A stretch of DNA of 64,000 nucleotides, from contig DAORIX010000001.1 in assembly GCA_035438745.1 (NCBI GenBank), positions 3,075 to 67,074 on the forward strand, read 5' to 3'. Positions within the stretch are counted from its first letter, which is position 1, and the number at the start of each line of letters is the position of its first letter. The position numbers and the translations under genes were made by a program. The notes beneath the pieces are model-generated. The model made no database searches, was not told the origin of the DNA, and was given only the letters and a program-made list of their open reading frames with translations. The DNA is from Minisyncoccota bacterium (GTDB lineage: Bacteria > Patescibacteriota > Minisyncoccia > Phycocordibacterales > UBA6065). Below are positions 28,164-38,668 of this stretch, in pieces.

Positions 28164-29177
28164 TTAAACGAGTTCAACCTCACGTTCTATAGTGATACCT
28201 GTCGAATCATATACCTTTTTTTCAATAGCGCGTGCAAAAGCATCTATCTCGTGAGATGGTGTTTCTTTATGCGCAACAAGTACCAGTGGTTGTTTCTCAA
28301 ATAGTCGACACCGTCCAACCATATAGCCTTTCAAGTGAAGCCCCATATCGAGAATCCATGCGAGAGGAATCTTGTATTCGTTTTCTGACACAGAAAAAGC
28401 CGGAAGCTCTGGCCACAGAACCCTCAACTCATCGAGTTTGGATTTTGAAATAATTGGATTTTTCCAAAATGAACCTGCGGTACCCCACAGAGAAAGTTCG
28501 GGGAATTTCCCCTGACGAATACTAATTACCGCCTCACGAATCTCTCTAAGCGACGGACTAGTGTTTACTCCAAAAAAAGACTGTATGTCCTTATACGCAA
28601 GTCGTGGCGTAGGTGTGCGTGTAAGTCTATATGTAACTGAAAGAATAATCAGATGTTTATGCTCTTTCTTTTTAAAAATACTACTACGGTATCCGAATTC
28701 ACACTCAGAACAAGAAAGTGGTTTGACCTCACCAGAACGTGTATCGAGAACGCGCACAGAATCGATCACATCCTTTATCTCAACCCCATACGCACCTATG
28801 TTTTGTACCGGAGAAGCGCCCACCGTTCCTGGTATGAGCGAAAGATTCTCAAGTCCCCACAATCCATGCATAACAGAATCCTCAACAAACGCATCCCACT
28901 CTTCGCCCGCCTCGGCCGTTACAAAAACAAAAGACCCTTTTTCAGCATAAGAAATACCCTTAGTCCTCACACACATAACTAGACCATCAAAACCCGCATC
29001 CGAAAAAAGAACATTCGAACCACCACCTACTACAAAAAAAGGTATCTGCTGTTTTGTGGCAAAAGAAAGCGCTTTATGTAACTCATCCTCAGTTGTCGCC
29101 ACAGAAAAAAATCGTGCACTCCCTCCCGAACAAAATGTAGTGTACGGCGCGATTTTTACGTTCTCTTCGATAGTCAT
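28164..29177 (-). CDS. murB: UDP-N-acetylenolpyruvoylglucosamine reductase
   Basis: GGGSNVL, IPGTVGASPVQNIGAYG, FGYRSSIFK, AGSFWKNP. Confidence 0.95.
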   Translation of the reverse strand: MTIEENVKIAPYTTFCSGGSARFFSVATTEDELHKALSFATKQQIPFFVVGGGSNVLFSDAGFDGLVMCVRTKGISYAEKGSFVFVTAEAGEEWDAFVEDSVMHGLWGLENLSLIPGTVGASPVQNIGAYGVEIKDVIDSVRVLDTRSGEVKPLSCSECEFGYRSSIFKKKEHKHLIILSVTYRLTRTPTPRLAYKDIQSFFGVNTSPSLREIREAVISIRQGKFPELSLWGTAGSFWKNPIISKSKLDELRVLWPELPAFSVSENEYKIPLAWILDMGLHLKGYMVGRCRLFEKQPLVLVAHKETPSHEIDAFARAIEKKVYDSTGITIEREVELV

Positions 29178-29199
29178 ATAGGTGCCATTGTACGTAAAA

Positions 29200-29234
29200 T
29201 AAAAGCACCAGACAATATTATGTTGGTGCTTTTA
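29200..29234 (-). terminator. Probable terminator
   Basis: TAAAAGCACCA...TGGTGCTTTTA inverted repeat. Confidence 0.6.
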
Positions 29235-29253
29235 CTACTACCTCAACAAAGAC

Positions 29254-31455
29254 CTAAGGATTTCTGCCCGCCTCAATTTCTTTTATGTAATACTCACCTT
29301 GCTCTTTGAATGTAGGATCTTTCGCAATAACTTCTCTGATGGTAGCAACCGCACTTCTACGATCACCAGAAGCGAGAAATGTTGCTGCATACTGAAGTCT
29401 GTATTGATTGTTTGATGGGTCTGTATCTAGTCGCTTCTTCCACAAAGCAAGCGCTCGTGACCACTGTTTTGTATCAGTATACGCCCTGATGAGACGATCG
29501 TCCGTAACGAGTGTAGTGCCGTACTTTGACTCAAGCGTTTCTTCTGCTTTTTGCACGTCACCAGAATAAATTGTAGCAATAACATAGTACATAAACGCAT
29601 CTTCATTTCGCACCTCGATCTCGTACGCACGCTTAAACACCTCGAGCGCTTTCGCATAATCTTGCTTCTGCAAATAGAGATTGCCCAACTGATAGAGAAT
29701 ACTCTGTTTGTTTGGAGAAAGTTCGGATGCGCGCAGTGTGTACTTGAGAGCATCGTCAAAAAGACCGTAGTAAGAATAAAATGTTCCTGTAAAAAGCTGA
29801 TAGCGGGCATCGTCAGGAGTATGTTCAAGTTGTTTTGCGAGTTCCGCCTTACCGAGCTCAAAGAAATCCTGCTTCACATTAATCGGAGCAGTTGATGGAT
29901 TGATTTGGCTCACCGCCTCAATAATTCTCTCTCTAATTTCTGACTGACCAAGAGACTCTCTCTTGAGTGCGTCCTTGAAATCCACCACCGCAAGAGCGCC
30001 CATTTGTCCCGCATCCGTACCTAACTTTCTCAAAGCCTCAATAAGAGACCGAGATGCCGCATACGCCTTGAAGTTAACGAGATAAAGGATGACCACGAGC
30101 ATAACAACACAGGCCGGTAAAATGATTTGCTTAAAATCATCATCTCCCACTTCGGTGTCTACGCGTGAAAGTTTGTGAGAAGTTACCGCTACACGCCCGT
30201 GTATATATGCGAGCATAGTAACAAAGATCATGTAGCTCGTGAGATTGTCGAATACAAAAAAGTTATGTATGAAGTACGCAACAAAAAGTCCAGACATCAC
30301 ACTTTTTTCTGTAAATGAAAATGTTTCCTCGGAAGACTTCCACAAACTCCACAGTGCGCTACCGAACAAAAAGAGATACGCAAGGAGACCGAAAATACCT
30401 CCTGCTATAAGCCAATCAAATACAACATTGTGAGTACGATCAAACCACTGTTCCTGAGCATACATACCCGGATTGTAGTATTTGTTAAAAACATAGCTGA
30501 AATTTTCCTGACCCCATCCTAGAATCGGGCGCTCCTTGAAACCTTGCCATGCCATATCCCACACCATAAAACGCGACTTAGTAGTTCCATCATTAAGCGA
30601 GATCGAGGCAAAGCGCGAGAGAACAGGACTTTCGCGAACAAAAGAGGTATTTTTAATGGCCAAGAAACCAAGAACCGTAGCAATACCCAAGCCTAAAATA
30701 ACTCCACAACTAATACGAAGCACTTTATTTTTTCTTTCAAAAATGAGCACGAGAAGAGTCGTCACGCCTATACCCCCAATGAGACCCAAAATCGCACCTC
30801 GAGTTGCGGTGTGATAGAGAATAAATACAAAGAAAAGAGCGAGCACGCTGTATGCATAACCCCATTTCTTTTTCATATCTGTAAAAGAACGCGCCGCAAA
30901 CATTCCTGCAATAAAAATGTTGAAAATCATGTACACCGCGAGATACGTTGCATTGCCGAACGTCGCATCAACACGCACACCTCCTTGATTGATAGTGAAT
31001 TTTCCAAGAAGTTGAGCCACGCCATACAATCCAATACAGAGAGTTGTTCCGAGATATACATTGAGTAGTCGATCCCAAAGTGTTCTTGAAAGCAAAACAC
31101 ATCCAGCCACTACGAAATATACATAGAGATGAAGTATGGTGATGAACCCTTCCATACGCTCATAGTTTGACCAGAATGCCTTGAATGCATTCGGCGCAAA
31201 AGAGTCAGCAATACCAATAATGAGCACGAAGGCAGTAAACGCCCACAAAATGAGAGATTTTTTCGGGCGATACGTGACATCTCTGAGTGCGAGCGCTAAC
31301 CACGCCACGCCAATGATCTCAACAATAATTCTAAATAAAAAATTCTTTCCGGTAATAAAAGGAAAAAACAAACTTCCTGTAACTACAAAAGGAATAAAAG
31401 GAACGGTGAATAAACCGCCCAGAATTATAAAACGCAGAATTTTCTTGAGATTCAT
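29254..31455 (-). CDS. O-antigen ligase / O-oligosaccharyltransferase (Wzy_C) with C-terminal TPRs
   Basis: ATFGNATYLA, TATRGAILG, RPILGWGQENF, FDRTHN (conserved His); TPR tail. Confidence 0.85.
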   Translation of the reverse strand: MNLKKILRFIILGGLFTVPFIPFVVTGSLFFPFITGKNFLFRIIVEIIGVAWLALALRDVTYRPKKSLILWAFTAFVLIIGIADSFAPNAFKAFWSNYERMEGFITILHLYVYFVVAGCVLLSRTLWDRLLNVYLGTTLCIGLYGVAQLLGKFTINQGGVRVDATFGNATYLAVYMIFNIFIAGMFAARSFTDMKKKWGYAYSVLALFFVFILYHTATRGAILGLIGGIGVTTLLVLIFERKNKVLRISCGVILGLGIATVLGFLAIKNTSFVRESPVLSRFASISLNDGTTKSRFMVWDMAWQGFKERPILGWGQENFSYVFNKYYNPGMYAQEQWFDRTHNVVFDWLIAGGIFGLLAYLFLFGSALWSLWKSSEETFSFTEKSVMSGLFVAYFIHNFFVFDNLTSYMIFVTMLAYIHGRVAVTSHKLSRVDTEVGDDDFKQIILPACVVMLVVILYLVNFKAYAASRSLIEALRKLGTDAGQMGALAVVDFKDALKRESLGQSEIRERIIEAVSQINPSTAPINVKQDFFELGKAELAKQLEHTPDDARYQLFTGTFYSYYGLFDDALKYTLRASELSPNKQSILYQLGNLYLQKQDYAKALEVFKRAYEIEVRNEDAFMYYVIATIYSGDVQKAEETLESKYGTTLVTDDRLIRAYTDTKQWSRALALWKKRLDTDPSNNQYRLQYAATFLASGDRRSAVATIREVIAKDPTFKEQGEYYIKEIEAGRNP

Positions 31456-31516
31456 AAACGAATAATTAATAAAGTTTGTATACGCGTAACTATACCAAAT
31501 AAACTATATTTTGAAC

Positions 31517-31545
31517 AAAAAAAACGACACCTGTTACGGTGTCGT
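31517..31545 (-). terminator. Terminator after the orphan GT-like gene
   Basis: ACGACACC-6 nt-GGTGTCGT followed by a T tract on the minus strand. Confidence 0.8.
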
Positions 31546-31556
31546 CTTGAAAGCCT

Positions 31557-32288
31557 CTACGAAGAAAGCCCTAACCTAACTGCTTCTCTTTGCATGGCTG
31601 AGACGATATCTGTGCGTTGTTTGTCACGTTTGGACCTCATCGACTCATCATCCTCAATGAGTTGTTCAACTGGATGGACGTAGTCAACGATTACGGAATC
31701 GATGGCTACACCCCCTGTCAGAAACCACAAAAGTGGTATGAACAGGATTTCCCAATTATCACCATAGTGTATCGGTTGATATGCCGCCATTATCATGGCG
31801 GCCTGCCGATTCATGATCCGCGGTCCGATATAAAAATCAATATCGAACCTTTTTGTGATATTGCCAAGCTCCCAATTGGCCCTCAGTTCAGACCAATGCT
31901 GATACTGAGGATACCCATCGAGATTCCGTCGCCGTGGTATGACCACATCGGTAGCGCCCCTCATTACTCGCGCAATGCACGGACCAAGCAAGGGGACAAG
32001 CGTGTATTTTTCCGGCTCAAGCCAGACAAGTACCTCTGCTTCTGTCGCGAGACCAGCATTGAAACATTCGCGACGCGACTGTCCCATACCCGGCTTTTCC
32101 TGATCAATAACGGTTGCTCCAGTTTCCCGGAGAGCTTGTTTGAACTCTTCGCACGGACTACCGTCAATGACGATAATCGGATAATCGTTGTCTCGAGCAG
32201 TACGACACGTTTTAAGTGCCAGCTGTGCTCGGACCTCATCCACGCTTTTGATAAACGTGGTGGTTACCAACACTATTCGATCGTTCAC
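31557..32288 (-). CDS. Hypothetical protein with a divergent GT-A (GT2-like) fold
   Basis: IIVIDGS and QEKPGMG resemble a GT2 N-terminus; WLEPEK sits where DxD is expected; GTG start 32288 with AGAAAGGT upstream. Confidence 0.6.
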   Translation of the reverse strand: MNDRIVLVTTTFIKSVDEVRAQLALKTCRTARDNDYPIIVIDGSPCEEFKQALRETGATVIDQEKPGMGQSRRECFNAGLATEAEVLVWLEPEKYTLVPLLGPCIARVMRGATDVVIPRRRNLDGYPQYQHWSELRANWELGNITKRFDIDFYIGPRIMNRQAAMIMAAYQPIHYGDNWEILFIPLLWFLTGGVAIDSVIVDYVHPVEQLIEDDESMRSKRDKQRTDIVSAMQREAVRLGLSS

Positions 32289-32332
32289 AATTACCTTTCT
32301 TTTGATTATTTTAAGAACTAACCTCAATATAT

Positions 32333-32361
32333 ATTATACACCAAAACAACATCAAAGTCAA
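32333..32361 (-). promoter_or_regulatory. Near-consensus sigma70 promoter for the orphan GT-like gene
   Basis: TTGACT-17 nt-TATAAT. Confidence 0.7.
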
Positions 32362-32372
32362 TACGAACACAG

Positions 32373-32411
32373 TGACCCTTTTTGACACCTTTACATAATG
32401 GGGAGTATTAT
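32373..32411 (+). promoter_or_regulatory. Promoter of the glycan operon with tandem 10-bp repeats over the -35
   Basis: TTGACA 32382-32387, 18 nt, TATTAT 32406-32411; TGACCCTTTT/TGACACCTTT at 32373-32392. Confidence 0.65.
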
Positions 32412-32421
32412 AAGCATTGTC

Positions 32422-32670
32422 ATGGTAGAAGAAATAAAACCCAACGCCGTCTATACGACAGAGGAAACAAGACAAGTCCTCCGTATTAGTGACAGCACCA
32501 TTAAGAGACTCCTCAAAAAAGGACTCCTGCGTGCAAACAAAGTTGGAGGACAATACAGAATCATGGGAAAAGAAATTTTACGAGTGGTCTCCCCTGATCT
32601 CGAGAAAGAAGCCGTAAAGTCATACCTCTCTCTCAAGAAAAAAGTAATAAAAAAAATAAACAAATGGTAA
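32422..32670 (+). CDS. Small HTH_17 (Xis/BldC-like) DNA-binding protein
   Basis: [37 protein letters not shown]; ATG 32422. Confidence 0.88.
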   Translation: MVEEIKPNAVYTTEETRQVLRISDSTIKRLLKKGLLRANKVGGQYRIMGKEILRVVSPDLEKEAVKSYLSLKKKVIKKINKW

Positions 32671-32681
32671 AATCTAATCCT

Positions 32682-33761
32682 ATGGCCAAAAAACAAAAAA
32701 CAAAAACTAAGAAAGCTCTCATTACCGGAATTACAGGCCAAGACGGTTCTTACCTTGCTGAACTTCTCCTTGAGAAAGGTTATGAAGTCTATGGACTCAT
32801 CAGACGCGCCTCAACATTCAATACCTCTAGAATAGATCACCTTTTCCAAGATCCCCACACAAAAAACAAAAAACTCATACTCTTGTATGGAGACCTCTCT
32901 GACTCGAGCAACCTCTCGCGAATTATTGAAAAAGTAAAGCCAGATGAAATCTACAACCTAGGCGCACAAAGCCATGTCCGCGTCTCTTTTGATATGCCTG
33001 AGTACACCGCTGATGTTGATGCGGTTGGCACATTGCGACTCCTTGATGCAATACGAGAAACAGGAGTAAAAACAAAATTCTACCAAGCATCATCCTCAGA
33101 AATGTATGGAAAAGTTATGGAGGTACCTCAGACAGAAACAACCCCCTTCTACCCCCGATCACCCTATGCAGTTGCAAAAGTATTTGCTTATTGGATTACA
33201 AAAAACTACCGAGAGGCGTACAACCTATTTGCAGTAAATGGAATTCTCTTTAACCACGAATCTCCTCGTCGAGGAAAAACTTTTGTAACGAAAAAAATCA
33301 CTCGCGGACTATCGCGCATCAAGCTTGGTATTGATGAAAAGATGTATCTCGGAAATCTCGACGCGAAGCGTGACTGGGGTTACACAAAAGACTATGTATA
33401 TGGAATGTGGCTCACCCTTCAACAAAAAAAACCGGATGACTACGTACTCGCCACAGGAGAAACACATTCTGTACGAGAGTTTATAGAAGAATCTGCGAAA
33501 TGCCTCGATATCGATCTCGTCTGGAAAGGAAAAGGAGTTGATGAAAAAGGAATTGATAAGAGAACAGGAAAAACAATCATAGAGATTGACCCTGCGTATT
33601 TTCGCCCAGCTGAAGTAGACCTCCTTATTGGAGATGCATCAAAAGCCAAAAAAGAACTGGGTTGGAAACCTACCGTTGATTTTAAAGGTCTCGTAAAAAT
33701 GATGTGTGAATACGACCTTGAGGAAGAAACTCAAAACAAACAAAATCTCGCACGAAAATAA
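32682..33761 (+). CDS. gmd: GDP-mannose 4,6-dehydratase
   Basis: [47 protein letters not shown]; alternative start 32664. Confidence 0.97.
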   Translation: MAKKQKTKTKKALITGITGQDGSYLAELLLEKGYEVYGLIRRASTFNTSRIDHLFQDPHTKNKKLILLYGDLSDSSNLSRIIEKVKPDEIYNLGAQSHVRVSFDMPEYTADVDAVGTLRLLDAIRETGVKTKFYQASSSEMYGKVMEVPQTETTPFYPRSPYAVAKVFAYWITKNYREAYNLFAVNGILFNHESPRRGKTFVTKKITRGLSRIKLGIDEKMYLGNLDAKRDWGYTKDYVYGMWLTLQQKKPDDYVLATGETHSVREFIEESAKCLDIDLVWKGKGVDEKGIDKRTGKTIIEIDPAYFRPAEVDLLIGDASKAKKELGWKPTVDFKGLVKMMCEYDLEEETQNKQNLARK

Positions 33762-33762
33762 C

Positions 33763-34692
33763 ATGAATAAAAATTCAAAAATTTATATAGCCGGCCATTT
33801 AGGACTTGTAGGATCAGCTATTTTGAGAAAGCTCAATAAAGAAGGCTACACAAACCTCATTACAAAATCTCGTAAAGAGCTTGACCTTACTGATCAAAAA
33901 GCAGTGAAAGATTTTTTTGAAAAAACAAAGCCCGAATATGTATTTCTTGCCGCGGCAAAGGTGGGTGGAATTATGGCAAACAAAACCTACCCTGGAGAAT
34001 TTATTTCCGAAAATCTCGACATCCAAAATAATATAATAAAAAACTCCTACATCCACGGAGTAAAGAAACTGTTGTTTCTTGGAAGTTCGTGTATATACCC
34101 AAAACTAGCTACCCAGCCAATAAAGGAGGAGTATTTTATGACGGGTCCCCTTGAGCCAACAAATGAGGCGTATGCGATTGCAAAAATTGCAGGAATTTCA
34201 ATGTGCCAGTCATACCGAAAACAATATGGAGCTGATTTCATATCACTCATGCCGACAAATCTCTATGGACCGGGCGACAACTTCACGAACGAAAGAGGTC
34301 ATGTGATTCCGGCACTCATTAGAAAATTTCATGATGCAAAAGCCAAAAATCTTGACGAGATATCAGCATGGGGCACAGGATCAGCAAAACGAGAATTTTT
34401 ACACTCGGATGATTTAGCTGATGCGTGTGTGTTCCTCATGAAGAATTACTCCTCGGGAGATATTATAAACGTTGGTACAGGCGAAGACGTCACTATCAAA
34501 GAACTCACCGAAAAAATTAGCAAGATCGTTGGCTTTAAAGGAAAAATTGTCTGGGACACCACAAAACCAGACGGTGCTCCCCGAAGACTACTTGATGTAG
34601 AAAAACTTCACACCCTAGGTTGGAAACACCACATAGAACTCGAAAAAGGTCTTGAAGAAACCTATGAGTGGTTCAAAAAAAATGTCATCTAA
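33763..34692 (+). CDS. fcl: GDP-L-fucose synthase family epimerase/reductase (Fcl, or ColC in this context)
   Basis: [44 protein letters not shown]. Confidence 0.92.
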   Translation: MNKNSKIYIAGHLGLVGSAILRKLNKEGYTNLITKSRKELDLTDQKAVKDFFEKTKPEYVFLAAAKVGGIMANKTYPGEFISENLDIQNNIIKNSYIHGVKKLLFLGSSCIYPKLATQPIKEEYFMTGPLEPTNEAYAIAKIAGISMCQSYRKQYGADFISLMPTNLYGPGDNFTNERGHVIPALIRKFHDAKAKNLDEISAWGTGSAKREFLHSDDLADACVFLMKNYSSGDIINVGTGEDVTIKELTEKISKIVGFKGKIVWDTTKPDGAPRRLLDVEKLHTLGWKHHIELEKGLEETYEWFKKNVI

Positions 34693-35911
34693 AAAAATGA
34701 AAAAAGGTAAAAAAAATACAGCAGTACCCTACAAAGTACCCCTCATGAAAAATGCTTTTATTGAGGAAAAGAGCGTCAGGGCAAAACTCTCACAATTTGT
34801 TCTCACTGCCCCACGCCTCAGTATGGATTTACAATGCGCTCAGTTTGAAAAAACGTTCGCGAAAAAACAGGGTCGAAAATACGCGATTTTATTCAACAGC
34901 GGAGGAAGCGCAAACCTCGCAATGATACAAGCGCTCAAAAACTTAGGCGCACTCAAGGACAATGACAAAGTAGGCTTCTCTGCTGTTACCTGGTCAACAA
35001 ATGTTATGCCCATCCTACAAATGGGACTTGGTGCCGTTCCTATCGACTGTGACCCCACCACACTCAACTCAATGAGCCATTGTGCCTTACCCCGACTTGA
35101 ACAAGAAAAGTGTAAAGCCTTTTTTATAACCAACGTACTAGGTTTTTCTGGTGATCTCGATGTAATCGAAAAAGAATGTGCAAAAAAAGGAATTATAGTA
35201 CTCGAGGACAACTGTGAATCACTTGGCACCGTGCTCCATACAGGAAAGACGGGTAATTTTAGTCTTGCATCAAGTTTTTCTTTTTTTGTTGCCCACCATA
35301 TGTCAACAATTGAAGGAGGCATGGTGTGTACAGACGATCACGATTTTGCAGAAATGCTCAAAATAGTTCGAGCTAATGGTTGGGATAGAAATCTCCACCC
35401 AAAGAGACAAAAACACTGGCGCAAGAAACATGAAGTAGAATCTTCTTTTCACGCAAAATACACTTTTTATGACCTCGGCTTTAACTTACGTCCTACTGAA
35501 ATAACTGGTTTTATTGGACTCAATCAACTTCCCCACCTCGATAAAACTATCAAAATTCGTGAAAAGAATTTCAAAAAAATATACGCACAAATATTAAAAA
35601 ATGATGATTTTCTAAAAATCTCACACGATCACCTCAAAACCATTTCTGCTTTTGCAATACCTTTCATATGTAAAACACCGGAGCTCAGAAAAAAATATAT
35701 CAAAATATTCAACGATGCAGGAGTTGAGATTAGACCAATGATTGCTGGAAATATGCAAAAGCAACCATTCTCGAAAAAATACACGTCAAAAACATTTGAT
35801 CTTCCTGGTGCTGATGTATTGCACGACAATGCTTTTTATTGTGGAAATTGTCCCGACTACACGCCTGCGGAGATAGAAATCATTTTAAATTGTATAATAA
35901 AAGGAAAATAA
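34682..35911 (+). CDS. colD: PLP-dependent GDP-4-keto-6-deoxy-D-mannose 3-dehydratase (ColD-like)
   Basis: DegT fold with [10 protein letters not shown] (His in place of the Schiff-base Lys), [23 protein letters not shown]; follows gmd-fcl; start may be 34697. Confidence 0.8.
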   Translation: MSSKKMKKGKKNTAVPYKVPLMKNAFIEEKSVRAKLSQFVLTAPRLSMDLQCAQFEKTFAKKQGRKYAILFNSGGSANLAMIQALKNLGALKDNDKVGFSAVTWSTNVMPILQMGLGAVPIDCDPTTLNSMSHCALPRLEQEKCKAFFITNVLGFSGDLDVIEKECAKKGIIVLEDNCESLGTVLHTGKTGNFSLASSFSFFVAHHMSTIEGGMVCTDDHDFAEMLKIVRANGWDRNLHPKRQKHWRKKHEVESSFHAKYTFYDLGFNLRPTEITGFIGLNQLPHLDKTIKIREKNFKKIYAQILKNDDFLKISHDHLKTISAFAIPFICKTPELRKKYIKIFNDAGVEIRPMIAGNMQKQPFSKKYTSKTFDLPGADVLHDNAFYCGNCPDYTPAEIEIILNCIIKGK

Positions 35912-35912
35912 T

Positions 35913-36737
35913 ATGGAAACTCCCGTAACAATACTCCGCCCAAAAAAAACCATCACCCTAAACGACCTCAAAGAACTCTGGCGCTACCGTGAGCTTCTTT
36001 ATTTTTTTACATGGCGCGATCTCAAAGTTCGATATAAACAAACCCTTATTGGTGCACTGTGGGCTATACTTCAACCTCTCGTTACGATGGTCATCTTTAC
36101 TGTATTTTTTGGTAAGTTGGCACAAATGCCATCTGACGGAGTTCCGTATCCAATCTTTGTTTACGTCGGTCTCCTTTTCTGGCAATTTTTTTCGAGCGCT
36201 CTCTCAGAAACATCTAATGTTCTTATTTCAAACCAAGCAATCATAACCAAAGTTTACTTTCCTCGCCTCATCTTGCCGTTATCGTCAGTACTTACCAAAT
36301 TTGTTGATTTTGCAATTGCATCTCTCATCCTTATTGGAATGATGGTCTATTACGGATATACGCCCCACCTTCTAGGGATTTTCATCATTCCTCTCCTTCT
36401 CCTCATTACCTTCATGGCTGCTGTTGGTAGTGGTCTATGTTTAGCATCAGTAAACGTTAAGTACCGAGATGTTAGATATGCTCTGCCCTTTTTTATACAA
36501 ATACTCCTTTTCCTTACCCCAGTTATTTATCCCGCATCAATTGCAGGCAACTATTCATGGCTCCTGGCGCTTAATCCAATGACGGGGGTAATTCAATCTG
36601 CTCGAGCGGCTCTCCTCGGAACAACACCAATCAACTGGCTCCTTCTCGCTATTTCATCCTTGGCGTGTTTGTGTCTTCTTATTATTGGTGGTATCTATTT
36701 CAAAAAAATAGAACGCTATTTTGCAGATATTTTATAA
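35913..36737 (+). CDS. wzm: ABC polysaccharide exporter permease Wzm
   Basis: RDLKVRYKQT, KVYFPR, YRDV, TPVIYP, LNPM. Confidence 0.93.
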   Translation: METPVTILRPKKTITLNDLKELWRYRELLYFFTWRDLKVRYKQTLIGALWAILQPLVTMVIFTVFFGKLAQMPSDGVPYPIFVYVGLLFWQFFSSALSETSNVLISNQAIITKVYFPRLILPLSSVLTKFVDFAIASLILIGMMVYYGYTPHLLGIFIIPLLLLITFMAAVGSGLCLASVNVKYRDVRYALPFFIQILLFLTPVIYPASIAGNYSWLLALNPMTGVIQSARAALLGTTPINWLLLAISSLACLCLLIIGGIYFKKIERYFADIL

Positions 36738-36741
36738 AAAA

Positions 36742-38001
36742 ATGGAACCCATAATTGAAGTAAAAAATGTCGGTAAAAAATACAACATAAAGCACTACCA
36801 AGGTGGCTATGTTGCGTTGCGTGATGTGATCATGAATATAGTCAAAAACCCTTTTCGCTTTGCAAAAGAAAAAGCAAAAGCAGTCACAGGAATAGGAACA
36901 AAGGAAGAGTTCTGGGCGCTCAAAGAAGCAAGCTTTAACATTTTCCAAGGAGAAGTGGTTGGAATCATCGGAAGAAATGGGGCCGGAAAATCAACTCTCC
37001 TCAAAATACTGACTGGCATTACACCTCCTACAACAGGAGAAATAAAAATGCGCGGTAGAGTCGCTTCCCTTCTTGAAGTCGGTACGGGGTTCCATCCAGA
37101 ACTTACTGGCCGAGAAAACATATTCCTCAACGGTGCAATTCTCGGAATGAAAAAAAGTGAAATCGCAAAAAACTTTGACTCGATTGTTGCGTTTGCTGAA
37201 ATAGAAAAATTCCTCGATACCCCAGTAAAATACTACTCAAGTGGAATGTATGTCCGTCTCGCCTTTTCAGTAGCCGCGCACATGGAACCAGACATACTCC
37301 TCGTGGATGAAGTACTCGCTGTGGGTGATGCAGAATTCCAAAAAAAGTGCCTTGGAAAAATGGAAGAGGTTACCAAGAAACAAGGCCGTACCATACTCTT
37401 TGTGAGTCACAACATGGCAGCAATTCAAAATCTCTGTAAAAAATGCATCCTCTTAGAAAAAGGAAAAATCAAAGCGGTTGGTGACACAGAAGACATTGTA
37501 AACCTCTACCTCCACAATTCCGAGTCAGAGGCAACAGAAAAAAAATGGGAGGGAGACAAGCGTCCAGGAAATGATGTTGTACGACTAAACCATGTTCGTC
37601 TTGTTGATGAAAATAAAGAAACCACGAGCTTTGTCTACTCAAATAAAAAATTTGGATTAGAAATATCCTACGAGGTTCTCAAATCTGGTTTTGCACCTCT
37701 TCCCAATGTTCACTTTTTCACAAATAAAGGGGAATATGCATTTATTAGCCACGCTGACGTAAAAGAAGAAAATGATAAAGTAGGAAAACACACGAAAACT
37801 GTGTGGGTCCCCGGAAATCTCCTTAATGAAGGTACCTACTCAATCGGTGTTGCTCTTTCAACTATGATTCCGCTCAACATACACCTCTATGAAAGAGAGC
37901 TTATTGTGTTCCAAGTGCTTGAGGATATTCACAGTGCAAAGAAACACGACTTCAATGTGCGTATACCGGGAGTTGTCCGCCCTCGACTAGTATGGGAATA
38001 A
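36742..38001 (+). CDS. wzt: ABC polysaccharide exporter ATPase Wzt with C-terminal carbohydrate-binding domain
   Basis: GRNGAGKST, YSSGMYVRLAF, DEVLAVGD, VSH; long beta-rich C-terminal extension. Confidence 0.94.
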   Translation: MEPIIEVKNVGKKYNIKHYQGGYVALRDVIMNIVKNPFRFAKEKAKAVTGIGTKEEFWALKEASFNIFQGEVVGIIGRNGAGKSTLLKILTGITPPTTGEIKMRGRVASLLEVGTGFHPELTGRENIFLNGAILGMKKSEIAKNFDSIVAFAEIEKFLDTPVKYYSSGMYVRLAFSVAAHMEPDILLVDEVLAVGDAEFQKKCLGKMEEVTKKQGRTILFVSHNMAAIQNLCKKCILLEKGKIKAVGDTEDIVNLYLHNSESEATEKKWEGDKRPGNDVVRLNHVRLVDENKETTSFVYSNKKFGLEISYEVLKSGFAPLPNVHFFTNKGEYAFISHADVKEENDKVGKHTKTVWVPGNLLNEGTYSIGVALSTMIPLNIHLYERELIVFQVLEDIHSAKKHDFNVRIPGVVRPRLVWE

Positions 38002-38010
38002 CAAAAATCA

Positions 38011-38667
38011 ATGCTCAAAAAAATATACTATTCGATAAGAAACAAGATCCTAAAATATAAAATGGGATCTTACCCTGTGTGGAATATCTACGAGGGGCAC
38101 TTTAAAACGACGTACCGTTCTATACCGATGTTAAAATGCCCTTTTGACTATGTTATGTATCAAATGATTGTGTCAAAGATACAACCAGATCTCATTATTG
38201 AAATCGGAACAAACGTGGGAGGAACAACCTTATACCTGGCTGACATCCTCAACACCCTTGGCAAAGGAGAGATCCACACAATAGATATCGATGATCGAGT
38301 TAATCCCCTAGCACGATCTCATCCACGCATAAAATGCTTTAACGGCGGATGGAAAAACTACGATCTTTCAAATACAAAAAAATTCTCAAAGATACTCGTC
38401 ATTGATGATGCGTCGCATCAATTTAAAGACACATTAGAAGCAATGGAGAAGTTTTCGAACGTCGTGTCTATTGATTCTTATTTAATCATAGAGGACGGTA
38501 TTGTTACTCAACTCAAAAGAGACAAACAACTTGATGGAGGACCTCTTCGGGCAATAGAAAAATTTCTTGAAACAAACAACAACTTCCTCGTTGATGACTC
38601 TTACTGCAATATGTTTGGTAAAAACGCAACCTTCAACACGAAAGGTTACCTAAAAAGAGTTAAATAA
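38011..38667 (+). CDS. CmcI-family (cephalosporin hydroxylase-like) sugar O-methyltransferase
   Basis: KCPFD, PDLIIEIGT..GG, VIDDASH, YLIIED, GGPLRAI, GYLKR. Confidence 0.85.
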   Translation: MLKKIYYSIRNKILKYKMGSYPVWNIYEGHFKTTYRSIPMLKCPFDYVMYQMIVSKIQPDLIIEIGTNVGGTTLYLADILNTLGKGEIHTIDIDDRVNPLARSHPRIKCFNGGWKNYDLSNTKKFSKILVIDDASHQFKDTLEAMEKFSNVVSIDSYLIIEDGIVTQLKRDKQLDGGPLRAIEKFLETNNNFLVDDSYCNMFGKNATFNTKGYLKRVK

Positions 38668-38668
38668 A

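Noticed and set aside
31617-32321. 234-aa antisense ORF as a real gene
   Set aside because: TTG start, no recognisable motifs; promoter, SD and terminator all support the minus-strand gene
32422-32670. HTH_17 protein as the excisionase of an integrated element
   Set aside because: No integrase or att repeats seen; its position at the head of the gmd operon fits a regulator
34682-35911. Perosamine synthase or E1 CDP-sugar dehydrase
   Set aside because: The Schiff-base Lys is replaced by His, which argues against an aminotransferase; the GDP-pathway context and lack of an evident Fe-S Cys segment argue against E1
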